Positions 1 to 9,801 of a stretch of DNA of 20,000 nt are shown in pieces. Position numbers and translations under genes: made by a program. The stretch is from an uncultured virus (IMG/VR IMGVR_UViG_3300042546_000459). Lineage: Duplodnaviria; Heunggongvirae; Uroviricota; Caudoviricetes. The number at the start of each line of letters is the position of its first letter. The first letter of the stretch is position 1. Below the pieces are notes generated by a model. The model was not told the origin of the DNA. It saw only the letters and a list, made by a program, of their open reading frames with translations, and made no database searches. The DNA lies in IMG/VR virus record IMGVR_UViG_3300042546_000459. One strand, written 5' to 3'.

Positions 1-1431
1 ATAATTAATTTTATTGTTTGGACTTTACTTGGTCGTTTGATGGTCAAGTTTATAGATTGGATATCAGACAAAAAGAATAAGAAGAAAATTGATACTTTAG
101 TTAGATTTATTGGTGATTGGTGGCCTGCTTTATTGGGGGCATTTCTATTATTCGCAACTCCTTTAGGCGGATTTGTTAGATCTATTATTGGAACGGTTGC
201 TAAATTAACATTTAGATTGAGTAAATTTGCAATCCCTAAACTTCTTAATTTTGTAAAGGCAAATCCTGTTGCGGCAGCTCTTATTGGTGGTAGTATTGCT
301 GCTGGGGTTGGTGCTTATGCATCCACACAACAAGTAGATAAGACTAGAAAAGAAAACAAAAAATCAGATCCTTCTACAGTACTACCTCAAGAAACTGCAA
401 AAACTGGTAAAGCACCAGGTGCTGCACAGTTATCGCAAGAGCAAATACAAAGTCGTGGATTTAATATGTTTAGGGGTGGAGGACTAATCCCTAAATTTGG
501 AGATTATCAAAAACCAACTCCAATTAGAGATATTGGATTTGAAAGTGGTGGTGCTATAACCGATGATACTGGTGTTAGAATTGCTGGTGCTGGAAAGGAT
601 ACTCAATTAATTGCTGCTCAACCTGGAGAGATTGTTATTTCTAAACCAGCAGTTGATAAGTATGGGGCAAACTTCTTTTTAGGATTAAACAAGTCTGGTG
701 GGGGAACCAATGTTCCTAAGATGGTGAACAATATTCAACTAGCTGCTGGTGGAGGAATGGTTGGAACAATAGTTCCAGAAAAACCATCTGCTGCTGCTAA
801 AAAATCTGTTTTTAATCCTGAGGTTGCTAATAAAAAATCTATGATGGGTCTTAATAATATTATGAATGTGACTAATTCTTTTGACCAAAATAAAAAAATG
901 ACAACTCCAACAAAAATGTTTGGAGATACCGCAGATACTTTACAAAATACACCAACTACAAATAAAAAATCAAATCAAAAAACATCTTCCATTAAACCAT
1001 TTTCCCTTAAACCATCAAGAATACAACCAAATAATAAACCATCCAATTTACAAATATCTAATGATACAAACTCAGTTCCGATAAAAGACGCTGCGTTACA
1101 ATCATTTAGACCATTATCTCAAAAAATGCCTTTCATTGTACCATTCATTAATAATGCAATGACAATGATAAGTGGTGTGGGTGATACTTTAGTCGATCTT
1201 AGAAAAAGAAATATTAATATACAACCAAATATTAAGCAGTATATTCCAGAACCACCTAGTGTAAAATCAAAATCAAATATTATTACATTACCACCTGTTA
1301 TAAAACAGTCAACTGAATCTTCTGGAACTAAAATGAGTGCTATAAGAGATGTGGAAGATTTCCCTGCATTTATGATGAGTTCTCATCGAAAAAATAATAT
1401 TCAAATATACGGAATAGGTGGTATAAACTAA
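1..1431 (+). CDS. Tape-measure-like / baseplate-hub-associated virion protein, 5'-truncated
   Basis: Frame 1 is open from base 1 (IINFIVWTLLGRLMVKF...), so the true start lies upstream. It has hydrophobic N-terminal helices and a 'GGAIT..G..DTQLIAAQPGEIVISKPAVDKYG..F..LN' motif typical of tape-measure-like proteins. It sits upstream of baseplate hub genes. Confidence 0.6.
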   Translation: MINFIVWTLLGRLMVKFIDWISDKKNKKKIDTLVRFIGDWWPALLGAFLLFATPLGGFVRSIIGTVAKLTFRLSKFAIPKLLNFVKANPVAAALIGGSIAAGVGAYASTQQVDKTRKENKKSDPSTVLPQETAKTGKAPGAAQLSQEQIQSRGFNMFRGGGLIPKFGDYQKPTPIRDIGFESGGAITDDTGVRIAGAGKDTQLIAAQPGEIVISKPAVDKYGANFFLGLNKSGGGTNVPKMVNNIQLAAGGGMVGTIVPEKPSAAAKKSVFNPEVANKKSMMGLNNIMNVTNSFDQNKKMTTPTKMFGDTADTLQNTPTTNKKSNQKTSSIKPFSLKPSRIQPNNKPSNLQISNDTNSVPIKDAALQSFRPLSQKMPFIVPFINNAMTMISGVGDTLVDLRKRNINIQPNIKQYIPEPPSVKSKSNIITLPPVIKQSTESSGTKMSAIRDVEDFPAFMMSSHRKNNIQIYGIGGIN

Positions 1432-1432
1432 A

Positions 1433-4400
1433 ATGGCTGTACTAGATCCTAAAAAATTATTACCATCTTCTAAGGAAGAAAATAAAAGGGCATCTTATAG
1501 TAATGTTACTAGATTTTTAGTACCAGCAAAAAATGTGCAGTATAGGGATACTGCACCAGTTTCTCCAGAACCTGATGAACAAGAATCTAACATTGATTTA
1601 AAAAAAGATGTTTTAATTATTAAAGAAAAAGTAATATCTATAGAGGATATTTTAAAAAAGAGTTTAGATTTACAAAAGAAAACTTTAATAGGAAAAAGTA
1701 AAGATTTAGAAAATAGAAAAAGAGCAAAAAAAGAAAGTATTTTAGAACAAAAAAAAGATAAACCTGTTCTAGGTGGATTATCTGTTCCCACTAAAAGAAT
1801 GGGACTACTTGACAGCATTAAAAATTTTGTTACTAGTACTTTACTTGGATTTGTTTTAGTAAGACTAGTAAAATATCTCCCACAAATAATTGATTTTGCT
1901 AAAAAAATAACTCCAGCAATAACTTTTATTGAGAGTTTTGTTGGTGGAATGGCTAATAAATTAATTAGTTTTATTGAGATTGGATATGGTGTATATGATA
2001 AAGTCAGAGATACTATTAAAAATATTGGTGGAGAGAATCTTCAAAAAACTTTTGATCAATTTTCTGGGCAGTTAAACACTTTTATTAATCTTGCTATAAT
2101 TGCTGGAATGTCCACCATGGGTGGAACTGATTTTGGAATGGGTAAAAAAAGTCCAAAGGGACTGCCTACTAAACCTGGAACAAAACCTACAGCACCATCA
2201 AATCAATCTCTTAACAGATATTTAAATCGAGGGAAGGAAGCAAAATTAATTGAAAGAAAATTTGGTAATAGTGCAGCAAGATATTATGAAGAACTAAGAG
2301 ACTCTGGTAAAAATTCTACACAAGCATTCAAAGAAGTTAAAAGAAGATTTCAACCAAGAGGATTATTTAATCGCAGAAATATTTCTGGACTTGCTGGAGA
2401 AGGACAAACTGCTGGGCAAGTCGGTAGGAGAGGGCTTGGAAGAACTGCAACTAGATTTGCTACAAAGAACTTTGGTAAGGGTGGGGCAAAAATTGCTAGT
2501 GGTGCTACTAAAGCACTCGGTAGATTTCCTATTATTGGACCTTTAGTTGATTTTGCTTTTAGATATTTTGTTCTTAGAGAACCACTTGGTAAATCTGCTG
2601 CTGGTGCTGTTGGTGCTGGAGTTGGGCAAGCACTTGGTACATGGTTGGGTGGAACTGTAGGTGGTGTTGCTGGAACTGTAGTCCCAATTATTGGTAATTT
2701 AATTGGTGCTGGTGCTGGTGCTGCGATTGGAGGTCTTCTTGGTGGATTAATTGGAGATCAATTGGGTGTAAGTTTGTATGAAACCATTGTTGCTTATCAA
2801 AAACCACCAAAAATTGAAGGCCGTGCTAAAGGTGGACAGGTATCTACAAGAGGTGGAAAACAAGTTGGTGGAAAAATACAAAGATCTTTTAAAAGAGCAA
2901 AACCAAAACCACCAAAAATAAATGAAAGACCAGTTCAAATTGGTAGAGATATTGGTGGACAAGAAGTAATTGAAAAAGTATTTACTCCAGAAGATCCAAA
3001 AAATTCTCAGCAAATGAGTTCTTTGAGGGTTTTAACAACTGCATCTAGTGAACTTAAAAAACCAAATAGTTCATTTTTTGGTCAAATTATGGGTGTTGGT
3101 GTTGATCTTGTAATGGGTCAAAAACCAAATAAGAATTTTTATAATCAAGTTGGCAATGCTTTTGGTTCGGTTATTCAACAATTAATTGATACAAATGCTG
3201 ATATGGCAGTCAATGATACTGCAAGAACTATTCTAGCAATGGCTAATGGTGGAATAGTTCCGACTATGTTATCAAATGATAAGTTAAATTTTGGTGAAAG
3301 AGTTGGAAATGCTGTTGCTGGAATGTTTAGGCAATTTGTAGAAAGACAATCTGATATAATATTAAATTCGATTAAATTGGAATCTGAAAAGACACCTCCT
3401 GCTGGGTCTGTTACTGGAGACCCTACTGCTGGATTAGATGGAGAACTTGCTGCTGGAACTGTGGCAAGAGGGCAAATAACTATTGAACAACTTGTTGGTT
3501 TGGCTAAAGGTGCTGGATTTAGTCAGTCTGATGCTATAATTATGGCTGCAATTGCTATGGCAGAATCTGGTGGAAATTCCAACGCACATAATGCAAAACC
3601 ACCAGATAATTCATATGGTTTATGGCAAATTAATATGATTGGTAATTTGGGTCCAGAGAGAAGAAAACAAATAGGAATAACAAGTGATGACCAATTAAAA
3701 GACCCAGTTATAAATGCACACGCTGCAAAATTGATAAAACAAAGTCAAGGATTTAGTGCATGGACAGTATATAAAACTGGGGCATACAAAAAACATTTAA
3801 ATGCTGCACAAAAATCTGCAAGTGCTTCACCAATTACAGTATACAAACCATCAACTGGTGCAAATATTGATCCAAATATGCAGCTTGGAAGTGGGCGAGG
3901 GAATTTACAATCTGTTAGATCATTAGCAGAAAGTATGGGTGTTCCTTTATTCTCTAGTTATCGCCCAGGATCTAGAGGTTATCATGGAGTTGGTCGTGCA
4001 ATGGATTTCTCAAATGATTCTAAAGGATTAGGAACACCGCAACAACTTGCTTTGGCAAAAGAAATTGTAAAAAGATATGGAAGTTCCGTTCAAGAATTAA
4101 TATATACTCCTCTTGGATTTGGAATTTCTGGAGGTAAAAAAGTTCCTTTAACACATTGGGGACCACCATCAAAATCTAAATGGGCTGGGGGAGATCCTTC
4201 CAATACTAATGCTGCACATTATGACCATGTTCACGTAGCATTTAAAAAGGGTGGTTATACTGGTGATGGTGGTGTAGGATTACTTCACAAAAATGAAATG
4301 GTTATGTCTTCAAAGGCAGTTAATCTATTTGGCAGAGAAACTTTTGAAGCAATGAATGAGATGGGTAATAAAATGCATGATATGAAACCATCTGCAAAAA

Positions 4401-4600
4401 TATCAAAAGTAAATAAAAAATCTTATGTTCCTGAAAGCATAAAATCTCAAGCATCATATGAATCTACTGGAATGACCGTTGTAATACTACCAATACATGA
4501 AAGAATTAAATCAACATCTACTGTTGGGTCTGGTGGAGGAATTCCTAATATTGGAAGATCTGCACACATAGATAATAGTATCGAATCCGCACTAGCATGA
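1433..4600 (+). CDS. Tape-measure-like virion protein with glycine zipper, lysozyme-like (SLT) domain and M15-type Zn peptidase domain
   Basis: 1055 aa. Coiled N-terminus; glycine-zipper segment ~2597-2760; SLT motif 'AAIAMAESGG...SYGLWQIN...DPVINA..A......GFSAW..Y' ~3473-3800; 'R.....YH......D...HYDHVHV' Hedgehog/DD-peptidase-type motif ~3900-4245. Confidence 0.75.
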   Translation: MAVLDPKKLLPSSKEENKRASYSNVTRFLVPAKNVQYRDTAPVSPEPDEQESNIDLKKDVLIIKEKVISIEDILKKSLDLQKKTLIGKSKDLENRKRAKKESILEQKKDKPVLGGLSVPTKRMGLLDSIKNFVTSTLLGFVLVRLVKYLPQIIDFAKKITPAITFIESFVGGMANKLISFIEIGYGVYDKVRDTIKNIGGENLQKTFDQFSGQLNTFINLAIIAGMSTMGGTDFGMGKKSPKGLPTKPGTKPTAPSNQSLNRYLNRGKEAKLIERKFGNSAARYYEELRDSGKNSTQAFKEVKRRFQPRGLFNRRNISGLAGEGQTAGQVGRRGLGRTATRFATKNFGKGGAKIASGATKALGRFPIIGPLVDFAFRYFVLREPLGKSAAGAVGAGVGQALGTWLGGTVGGVAGTVVPIIGNLIGAGAGAAIGGLLGGLIGDQLGVSLYETIVAYQKPPKIEGRAKGGQVSTRGGKQVGGKIQRSFKRAKPKPPKINERPVQIGRDIGGQEVIEKVFTPEDPKNSQQMSSLRVLTTASSELKKPNSSFFGQIMGVGVDLVMGQKPNKNFYNQVGNAFGSVIQQLIDTNADMAVNDTARTILAMANGGIVPTMLSNDKLNFGERVGNAVAGMFRQFVERQSDIILNSIKLESEKTPPAGSVTGDPTAGLDGELAAGTVARGQITIEQLVGLAKGAGFSQSDAIIMAAIAMAESGGNSNAHNAKPPDNSYGLWQINMIGNLGPERRKQIGITSDDQLKDPVINAHAAKLIKQSQGFSAWTVYKTGAYKKHLNAAQKSASASPITVYKPSTGANIDPNMQLGSGRGNLQSVRSLAESMGVPLFSSYRPGSRGYHGVGRAMDFSNDSKGLGTPQQLALAKEIVKRYGSSVQELIYTPLGFGISGGKKVPLTHWGPPSKSKWAGGDPSNTNAAHYDHVHVAFKKGGYTGDGGVGLLHKNEMVMSSKAVNLFGRETFEAMNEMGNKMHDMKPSAKISKVNKKSYVPESIKSQASYESTGMTVVILPIHERIKSTSTVGSGGGIPNIGRSAHIDNSIESALA

Positions 4601-5868
4601 CGGCAAATAAAGAAGCACAATCTGCCAATATTAAAAAGTTTATTGTCTACTCGAATCGAGGTAGTGGTTCTTGTGATGTATCTACTGGTGTGGTATTATT
4701 TGATTATTATGAAAGTGTACTAGAACATACTATAACTGTTTCTACTACTATTATTGATACTGGAAATGCTCCTGGTAGTAAAACTGTATTGGAAGGATTA
4801 AAATTATCTGGATTTGAAAAGGTAGAACTTGAATTTGAAGACAATTATGGTAATGTTTTAAAATTTGATGAGTTGTATATTTCTAAGATTAGAAATATTT
4901 TTTCCGATAGACAAAATGCTGTATTTACTTTAGATATTGTAAGTAAAGAATTTTTGACAAATCAATTCACAAATTCTGAAGTGTATAGGAGATTTGATGG
5001 GGAAATATCAGAATCTGTAATGAGAATTTTGCGAGATAATATAAAAACTGATAAAATTATAGATGTTGATACAACAGTAAACAAATATAATTTTATTGGT
5101 GGTGGAAAAAAACCATTTAAATTGGCAACAGAAGTTGCAAAGTTATCTGTTCCCAGTGGATCATCTGGAACTTCTGCGGGATATTTTTTGTTTGAAACTT
5201 ATGATGGATTTAAATTTAAATCCATTGATAAATTATTTGAACAAGAACCAGTAGCAAAATATATTTTTAATGGTACTACATTATTACCTCCTGGTTATGA
5301 TGCCAAAATATTAAGATATGATGCAAGTAAAACAATTGATGTTATGTCTAATTTGGTTATGGGTTCTTATGAAAGTAAGATTGAAACATTCGACCCATAT
5401 ACCGATAAATTTAGGACTACCAAACAGTTATCTTCAGAACAACAAGAAGAACTTGGTGGTTTAGAATCTCCCAAACTGGGTGAGGGTTTTGAAGGTGCAA
5501 CTAGAAGATCGTACAAAAGAATGGATGTTGGGCATTTGCCAGAACCTGCAAATAATAGTAATTCTCAACTTCAAAAAGCGACAAAAGAAAATTTAGATTC
5601 TAATAATGTTCTCATTCAATCTTCTATGAGATATAATCAAGTTTTTACTTTAGTATTAAGTATTATTATTCCAGGAGATTGTTCATTAAGAGCTGGTGAT
5701 TTAGTTTTTTGTGATTTTCCAGAACAAGGGGAAAAAGAAACAATTATGGCAGACAAGGAATTAAGTGGTATATATATGATATCAGATATATGTTTTCACA
5801 TTACACCAAGTTCAACTCTAACAAAAATGAACTTAGTCCGTGACTCATTTGGAAGAAAACCAAGGTAA
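4597..5868 (+). CDS. Baseplate hub protein, gp27/late-control-D-like
   Basis: 423 aa with ATGA overlap to the upstream gene. Motifs 'YFLFETYDGFKFKSIDKL' and C-terminal 'IPGDCSLRAGDLV...SGIYMISDICFH....TKMNLVRDS' resemble contractile-tail hub proteins. Lies upstream of gp5. Confidence 0.6.
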   Translation: MTANKEAQSANIKKFIVYSNRGSGSCDVSTGVVLFDYYESVLEHTITVSTTIIDTGNAPGSKTVLEGLKLSGFEKVELEFEDNYGNVLKFDELYISKIRNIFSDRQNAVFTLDIVSKEFLTNQFTNSEVYRRFDGEISESVMRILRDNIKTDKIIDVDTTVNKYNFIGGGKKPFKLATEVAKLSVPSGSSGTSAGYFLFETYDGFKFKSIDKLFEQEPVAKYIFNGTTLLPPGYDAKILRYDASKTIDVMSNLVMGSYESKIETFDPYTDKFRTTKQLSSEQQEELGGLESPKLGEGFEGATRRSYKRMDVGHLPEPANNSNSQLQKATKENLDSNNVLIQSSMRYNQVFTLVLSIIIPGDCSLRAGDLVFCDFPEQGEKETIMADKELSGIYMISDICFHITPSSTLTKMNLVRDSFGRKPR

Positions 5869-5875
5869 AAAAATC

Positions 5876-6088
5876 ATGGATACAATCAATCAACACATTG
5901 AAAAGGATAAAAAAATTCTTGATGATCCACAAACATCTCCACAAGCTCGTAGACATACTCAAGAAGAATTGTCTTCTTTAGAGAAATATAAAGAAAATCA
6001 CCCAAATGATGAACACGATCCATCTCCTTTAGAGTTGTTTTGTGATGAAAACCCTGATGCTCCAGAATGTAGAATATACGAAAGTTAA
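5876..6088 (+). CDS. cp12: CP12 Calvin-cycle inhibitor (phage auxiliary metabolic gene)
   Basis: 70 aa from ATG 5876: MDTINQHIEKD...EEL...DPSPLELFCDENPDAPECRIYES. It has the CP12 C-terminal C-x8-C signature and no N-terminal Cys pair, as in cyanophage CP12. Confidence 0.93.
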   Translation: MDTINQHIEKDKKILDDPQTSPQARRHTQEELSSLEKYKENHPNDEHDPSPLELFCDENPDAPECRIYES

Positions 6089-6091
6089 TAA

Positions 6092-8434
6092 ATGGAATTT
6101 GCTGGATCTTTTTTATTCGAGTCTGATAAACCCTGGTTAATATGGGAAGGTATTGTTGCACCTAGAACTGAATGGCCTAGGGATGATGAAGGTCTTGAAA
6201 CCAGGGAACAATTAAAAAATTGGGCTTATCGTGTTAAGGTTAGAATACAACATGTTCACCCTGAAGATAAGAAGATACTTCCAGATTCTGCCCTTCCTTG
6301 GATTGAAGTACCAACAACCATTATGGGTTCTGGGCACAAAGGAACTGGAATAACACCTGGAATTACTCAAGGAACTAGAGTTTGGGGTATTTGGGGTAGC
6401 CCTTCCACAAAAACTAATCCTATAATGTTGGGAGTTAAAGTAAATAATGACCAAACAAAATTAGTAAAAACTCAACCAACTAACGCTGCTTTTACTCCTT
6501 ACAGTGGATATACTCCTGAAGATACTGTTGCTGGATATGATGTACCTCTAGCAAAAGGATTGCCTTTAGAGGGAATAAATTATCCAAATATATGGAGTAT
6601 TTCTGATTTAGACATATTAGATGAACCAAAATTTGCTGTTGCTGCACCATCAGACTGTGAAAAAATTCCTTTACGAGGAATTCAAAAAGCAATTCAGGGT
6701 TTGATACAGGACATTGAAAAAACTCAACGCCAATTAAAAAGATGGCAAAATGCTGCTCAAGGATGGATTGCTGATAAACAAGCATATATTCAAAAATTAA
6801 TTGATAAGGCAGCAAAATTTATTGCCAAAGCACTTAAGTGGGTATTTGAAGAAATTAGAAAATTTGTATTAGAACAAATAAATGATAAGACAAAAAAACT
6901 TTATTATCTTGTAAATCCACCAGATAGAGATAAAGTAAAGGCTGCTAAAGACACTGTTGTAGAATTAATTGTTTGTTTGTTTAATAAGTTAATTGCCAAC
7001 TTAATTAAAATGGTTGGCAGATTCTTATTCAATGCCTTTGATAAGTTTATTACAGTTCCTGAATGTGTTGTTGAGAATTTTATTGGTAATTTGTTGGGAA
7101 ATGTGTTGGGTCTTGTTGGGGGACTTGTAGATAAAATACTCGGAACTTTATCATCTATTTTAGGTGCTGTTTTTAGTATTGCTGATGGTATTCTTGGACT
7201 TCTTAAAGCAATTCTTGGGTTTTTCTTGTGCGATGAAAAACAAGAATGTCCACAAGCTAAAGAATGGGATATATTTGAAGCAGGAGAACCTGGAGCAATT
7301 TTTGATTTTGATTCTATTATAAGCAAAGCTAAAAGTATTTCTGCTAGTGTAGCTGGATTGTCTAGTATTGATGATTTAAATATCAACTTTTCTAATATGA
7401 TTTCTGGTGCAGGATCTGCATTTGACTCTTGTAATACTGGACCAGTATTTTGTGGACCTCCTAGTATTCAAATTTGGGGTGGTGGGGGTTCTGGTGCAGT
7501 AGGAAATGCAATAATAAGTGCTACTGGTGACTTATTGGGTGTTGATATAATTGCTGGTGGATCTGGATATACTGAGGCACCATATGTTAATTTTAAAGAT
7601 TCTTGTGGAAAAGGTAAAGGTGGTAGAGGTAGAGTTATAGTTAATGATGATGGCACAGGAAATGGAACTAGAACAGTATCGAATGTAGTTATTTTAGATG
7701 AGGGTTATGGATATCTACCATCACCAAATGGAGATCTTGGTGGTGATGGAAGAACTTGGGCAACAAATAATCAAACAGTTGTTCAGAGAGTAAATGGAAG
7801 TTATGATGTTCCCTATGATCCAGGTGAAGAAATAACACCAGAACTAAGAGATGGTGATAGAGTAATTAGACCAGAAGATAGAACAATATTAAATACAATT
7901 GCTGTTTTGGGTGGAGGTTCTAATAATCCTATTAATTTTGGACCTACAAATACTGGAATTGCTGGAAGTAGTACTGGTAGTCCAAGTATAGGATTTGCTG
8001 GAACTGATACTGCATCTAATAATATTGCAACACCACCTATTCCAGGTTCTGGTGTTAATGGTGCAACTGATTTTAAATCTTTCCCAAGAGTTAATGTTGG
8101 TTCTTATCCTGTTATTTTATATCTTTGTGGTATTGACATTGAAAATGCTGGTATAAATTATTCTAGTGAAGATAAAATTGTTATAGAACCAAATACTGGT
8201 GGTGCTGTTGTTGAACCAATTTTTGGACCTTTTGGTGTTTTGACTGGAATTAATATTGTTGATGGTGGAAAAGGATTTACTGAAAGACCAAGTATTTACA
8301 TTAATTCTGAAACAGGTTATAATGCAAAATTAAATCCTATATTTTGTGTTAGTAGATTTGGCGATGATACTGAAGGCGAAGTTCCAGAAAATGTTAATGT
8401 TATTAGAGTAGTAGATTGTGTTGGTAAAGTTTAA
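6092..8434 (+). CDS. gp5: gp5-like baseplate hub subunit (N-terminal OB-fold, helical region, Gly-Tyr beta repeats)
   Basis: 780 aa. The N-terminal 'YRVKVRIQHVHP....LPD..LPW......G.....G.RVWG.W......P.MLG' matches the gp5/VgrG OB-fold pattern. C-terminal repeats 'VDIIAGGSGY', 'VVILDEGYGY', 'IDIENAGINY' and 'INIVDGGKGF' are typical of cyanomyovirus baseplate proteins. Confidence 0.8.
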   Translation: MEFAGSFLFESDKPWLIWEGIVAPRTEWPRDDEGLETREQLKNWAYRVKVRIQHVHPEDKKILPDSALPWIEVPTTIMGSGHKGTGITPGITQGTRVWGIWGSPSTKTNPIMLGVKVNNDQTKLVKTQPTNAAFTPYSGYTPEDTVAGYDVPLAKGLPLEGINYPNIWSISDLDILDEPKFAVAAPSDCEKIPLRGIQKAIQGLIQDIEKTQRQLKRWQNAAQGWIADKQAYIQKLIDKAAKFIAKALKWVFEEIRKFVLEQINDKTKKLYYLVNPPDRDKVKAAKDTVVELIVCLFNKLIANLIKMVGRFLFNAFDKFITVPECVVENFIGNLLGNVLGLVGGLVDKILGTLSSILGAVFSIADGILGLLKAILGFFLCDEKQECPQAKEWDIFEAGEPGAIFDFDSIISKAKSISASVAGLSSIDDLNINFSNMISGAGSAFDSCNTGPVFCGPPSIQIWGGGGSGAVGNAIISATGDLLGVDIIAGGSGYTEAPYVNFKDSCGKGKGGRGRVIVNDDGTGNGTRTVSNVVILDEGYGYLPSPNGDLGGDGRTWATNNQTVVQRVNGSYDVPYDPGEEITPELRDGDRVIRPEDRTILNTIAVLGGGSNNPINFGPTNTGIAGSSTGSPSIGFAGTDTASNNIATPPIPGSGVNGATDFKSFPRVNVGSYPVILYLCGIDIENAGINYSSEDKIVIEPNTGGAVVEPIFGPFGVLTGINIVDGGKGFTERPSIYINSETGYNAKLNPIFCVSRFGDDTEGEVPENVNVIRVVDCVGKV

Positions 8435-9018
8435 TGGCAAAGGCTAAAATACATAACCCACTAAGAGTTGGTAATGATTATGGACAAATAAAATTTGGGC
8501 ACATTAACATTAATAATCATGTTGCTGGTGTAATGATTCGTAATGGTCCCCCAGCACCCGCAGCAGAGCATTACATGCAGTTCATGTCTACTGGGACTAT
8601 GGCTGGTGGAACAATTAATAGATGTCCTGGAGTTTATCAAATATGGTGTGGGAATAATCCAGTAACCAATGTATCATTTGTTTTAAATGCTGTTGATGGT
8701 GACATCATTATTCGTGCTCCAAATGGGCGAATAATGATGGAAGCAAAAAATATTGATATTAGAGCAAATGGTGATAGTAATAAAAGTGGATTTGTAAATA
8801 TTGATGCTAATGAAAAAGTAGTCATTCGCTCTAAAAATATTGAAATTAATGCCTCTTCTGTGGCAAAATTTTTCTCCTCTGGATTATGTGAGATAGTTGG
8901 CAAAAATACTTTAAATTTTGCTGGCGGTTTAATTGATTGTGCAGATGGTGCTACATCTGTTAGAAAATCTAAAGGAATATCTAACTTAGAAAATCAAGAA
9001 GCAAGGGACTCGACTTAA
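8434..9018 (+). CDS. Putative baseplate spike protein (gp5 C-terminal-like beta-strand repeats)
   Basis: 194 aa, TAATG-coupled to gp5. Periodic short beta strands 'GDIIIRAPNGRIMMEAKNIDIRAN...VNIDANEKVVIRSKNIEINAS' suggest a trimeric beta-helix. Confidence 0.5.
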   Translation: MAKAKIHNPLRVGNDYGQIKFGHININNHVAGVMIRNGPPAPAAEHYMQFMSTGTMAGGTINRCPGVYQIWCGNNPVTNVSFVLNAVDGDIIIRAPNGRIMMEAKNIDIRANGDSNKSGFVNIDANEKVVIRSKNIEINASSVAKFFSSGLCEIVGKNTLNFAGGLIDCADGATSVRKSKGISNLENQEARDST

Positions 9019-9019
9019 T

Positions 9020-9799
9020 ATGAAATTACCTGACGTAGAAGTTAAAAAAAGATTATTTGTTGGTGTTGGTGATCCGTCACTTGTACTTGGATTAGGTCCA
9101 ACAGAAATTAGAGGTTCTGCATATGTAGAAGGTCCAGAAGTTGTTGGAGACCCAAAAGTTTTTGGTGCTGGACCAAAAGCTACATTGATGGTTGGTCCAA
9201 ATAAAAACTCAGACTCCCCACCAAATATTATTCCTGGTGCTCTATGTACTGGTAATAATTCACCTTATTCTTTAGGTGTTATTGGAAATGCTGCTATCTT
9301 TACGCATCTTGATGTAAATGGTAACATCAGTGCTGGTAACAATATTATTGCTCAGGGTGAAGTGATGTCACGTTGCGGTGGGCATATTCTTTCTGCTAAA
9401 AAGAATTTTGACATTCCACACCCAACAAAAGAAGGGTGGAGACTTCGCCATACTTGTCCAGAAGGACCATCTAATGATGTATATTTTCGTGGTAAAACTA
9501 AAAAAAATATTATAGAACTTCCAGAATATTGGTTAAATTTAGTTGATGAAGATTCTATAACTGTTAATTTAACACCGATTGGAATAAATCAAGACCTAGT
9601 TGTTGAGGATATTAAAGACAATAAAATTTATATAAAAAATAACGGATTCCCAATACATTGTTTTTATCATGTTTATGGTGAAAGAAAAGATGGTGAAAAA
9701 CTAATTCCTGAATATGAGGGTTCTACCCCTGCTGATTATCCAGGTAATAATGATGAATACTCTGTATCTGGATATCATTATGATATTAAGGAGGATTAA
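9020..9799 (+). CDS. Tail/spike-associated protein with fibre-type C-terminal (putative intramolecular chaperone-like) domain
   Basis: 259 aa. C-terminal 'KNFDIPHPTKEGWRLRHTCPEGP...YFRG....IELPEYW..LVD..SITVNLTP' from ~9398 is a domain type seen at the ends of cyanophage fibre proteins. Confidence 0.6.
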   Translation: MKLPDVEVKKRLFVGVGDPSLVLGLGPTEIRGSAYVEGPEVVGDPKVFGAGPKATLMVGPNKNSDSPPNIIPGALCTGNNSPYSLGVIGNAAIFTHLDVNGNISAGNNIIAQGEVMSRCGGHILSAKKNFDIPHPTKEGWRLRHTCPEGPSNDVYFRGKTKKNIIELPEYWLNLVDEDSITVNLTPIGINQDLVVEDIKDNKIYIKNNGFPIHCFYHVYGERKDGEKLIPEYEGSTPADYPGNNDEYSVSGYHYDIKED

Positions 9800-9801
9800 A
9801 A

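Noticed and set aside
5840..5875. N-terminal extension of the CP12 ORF
   Set aside because: Overlaps the upstream gene. ATG 5876 gives a typical 70-aa CP12.
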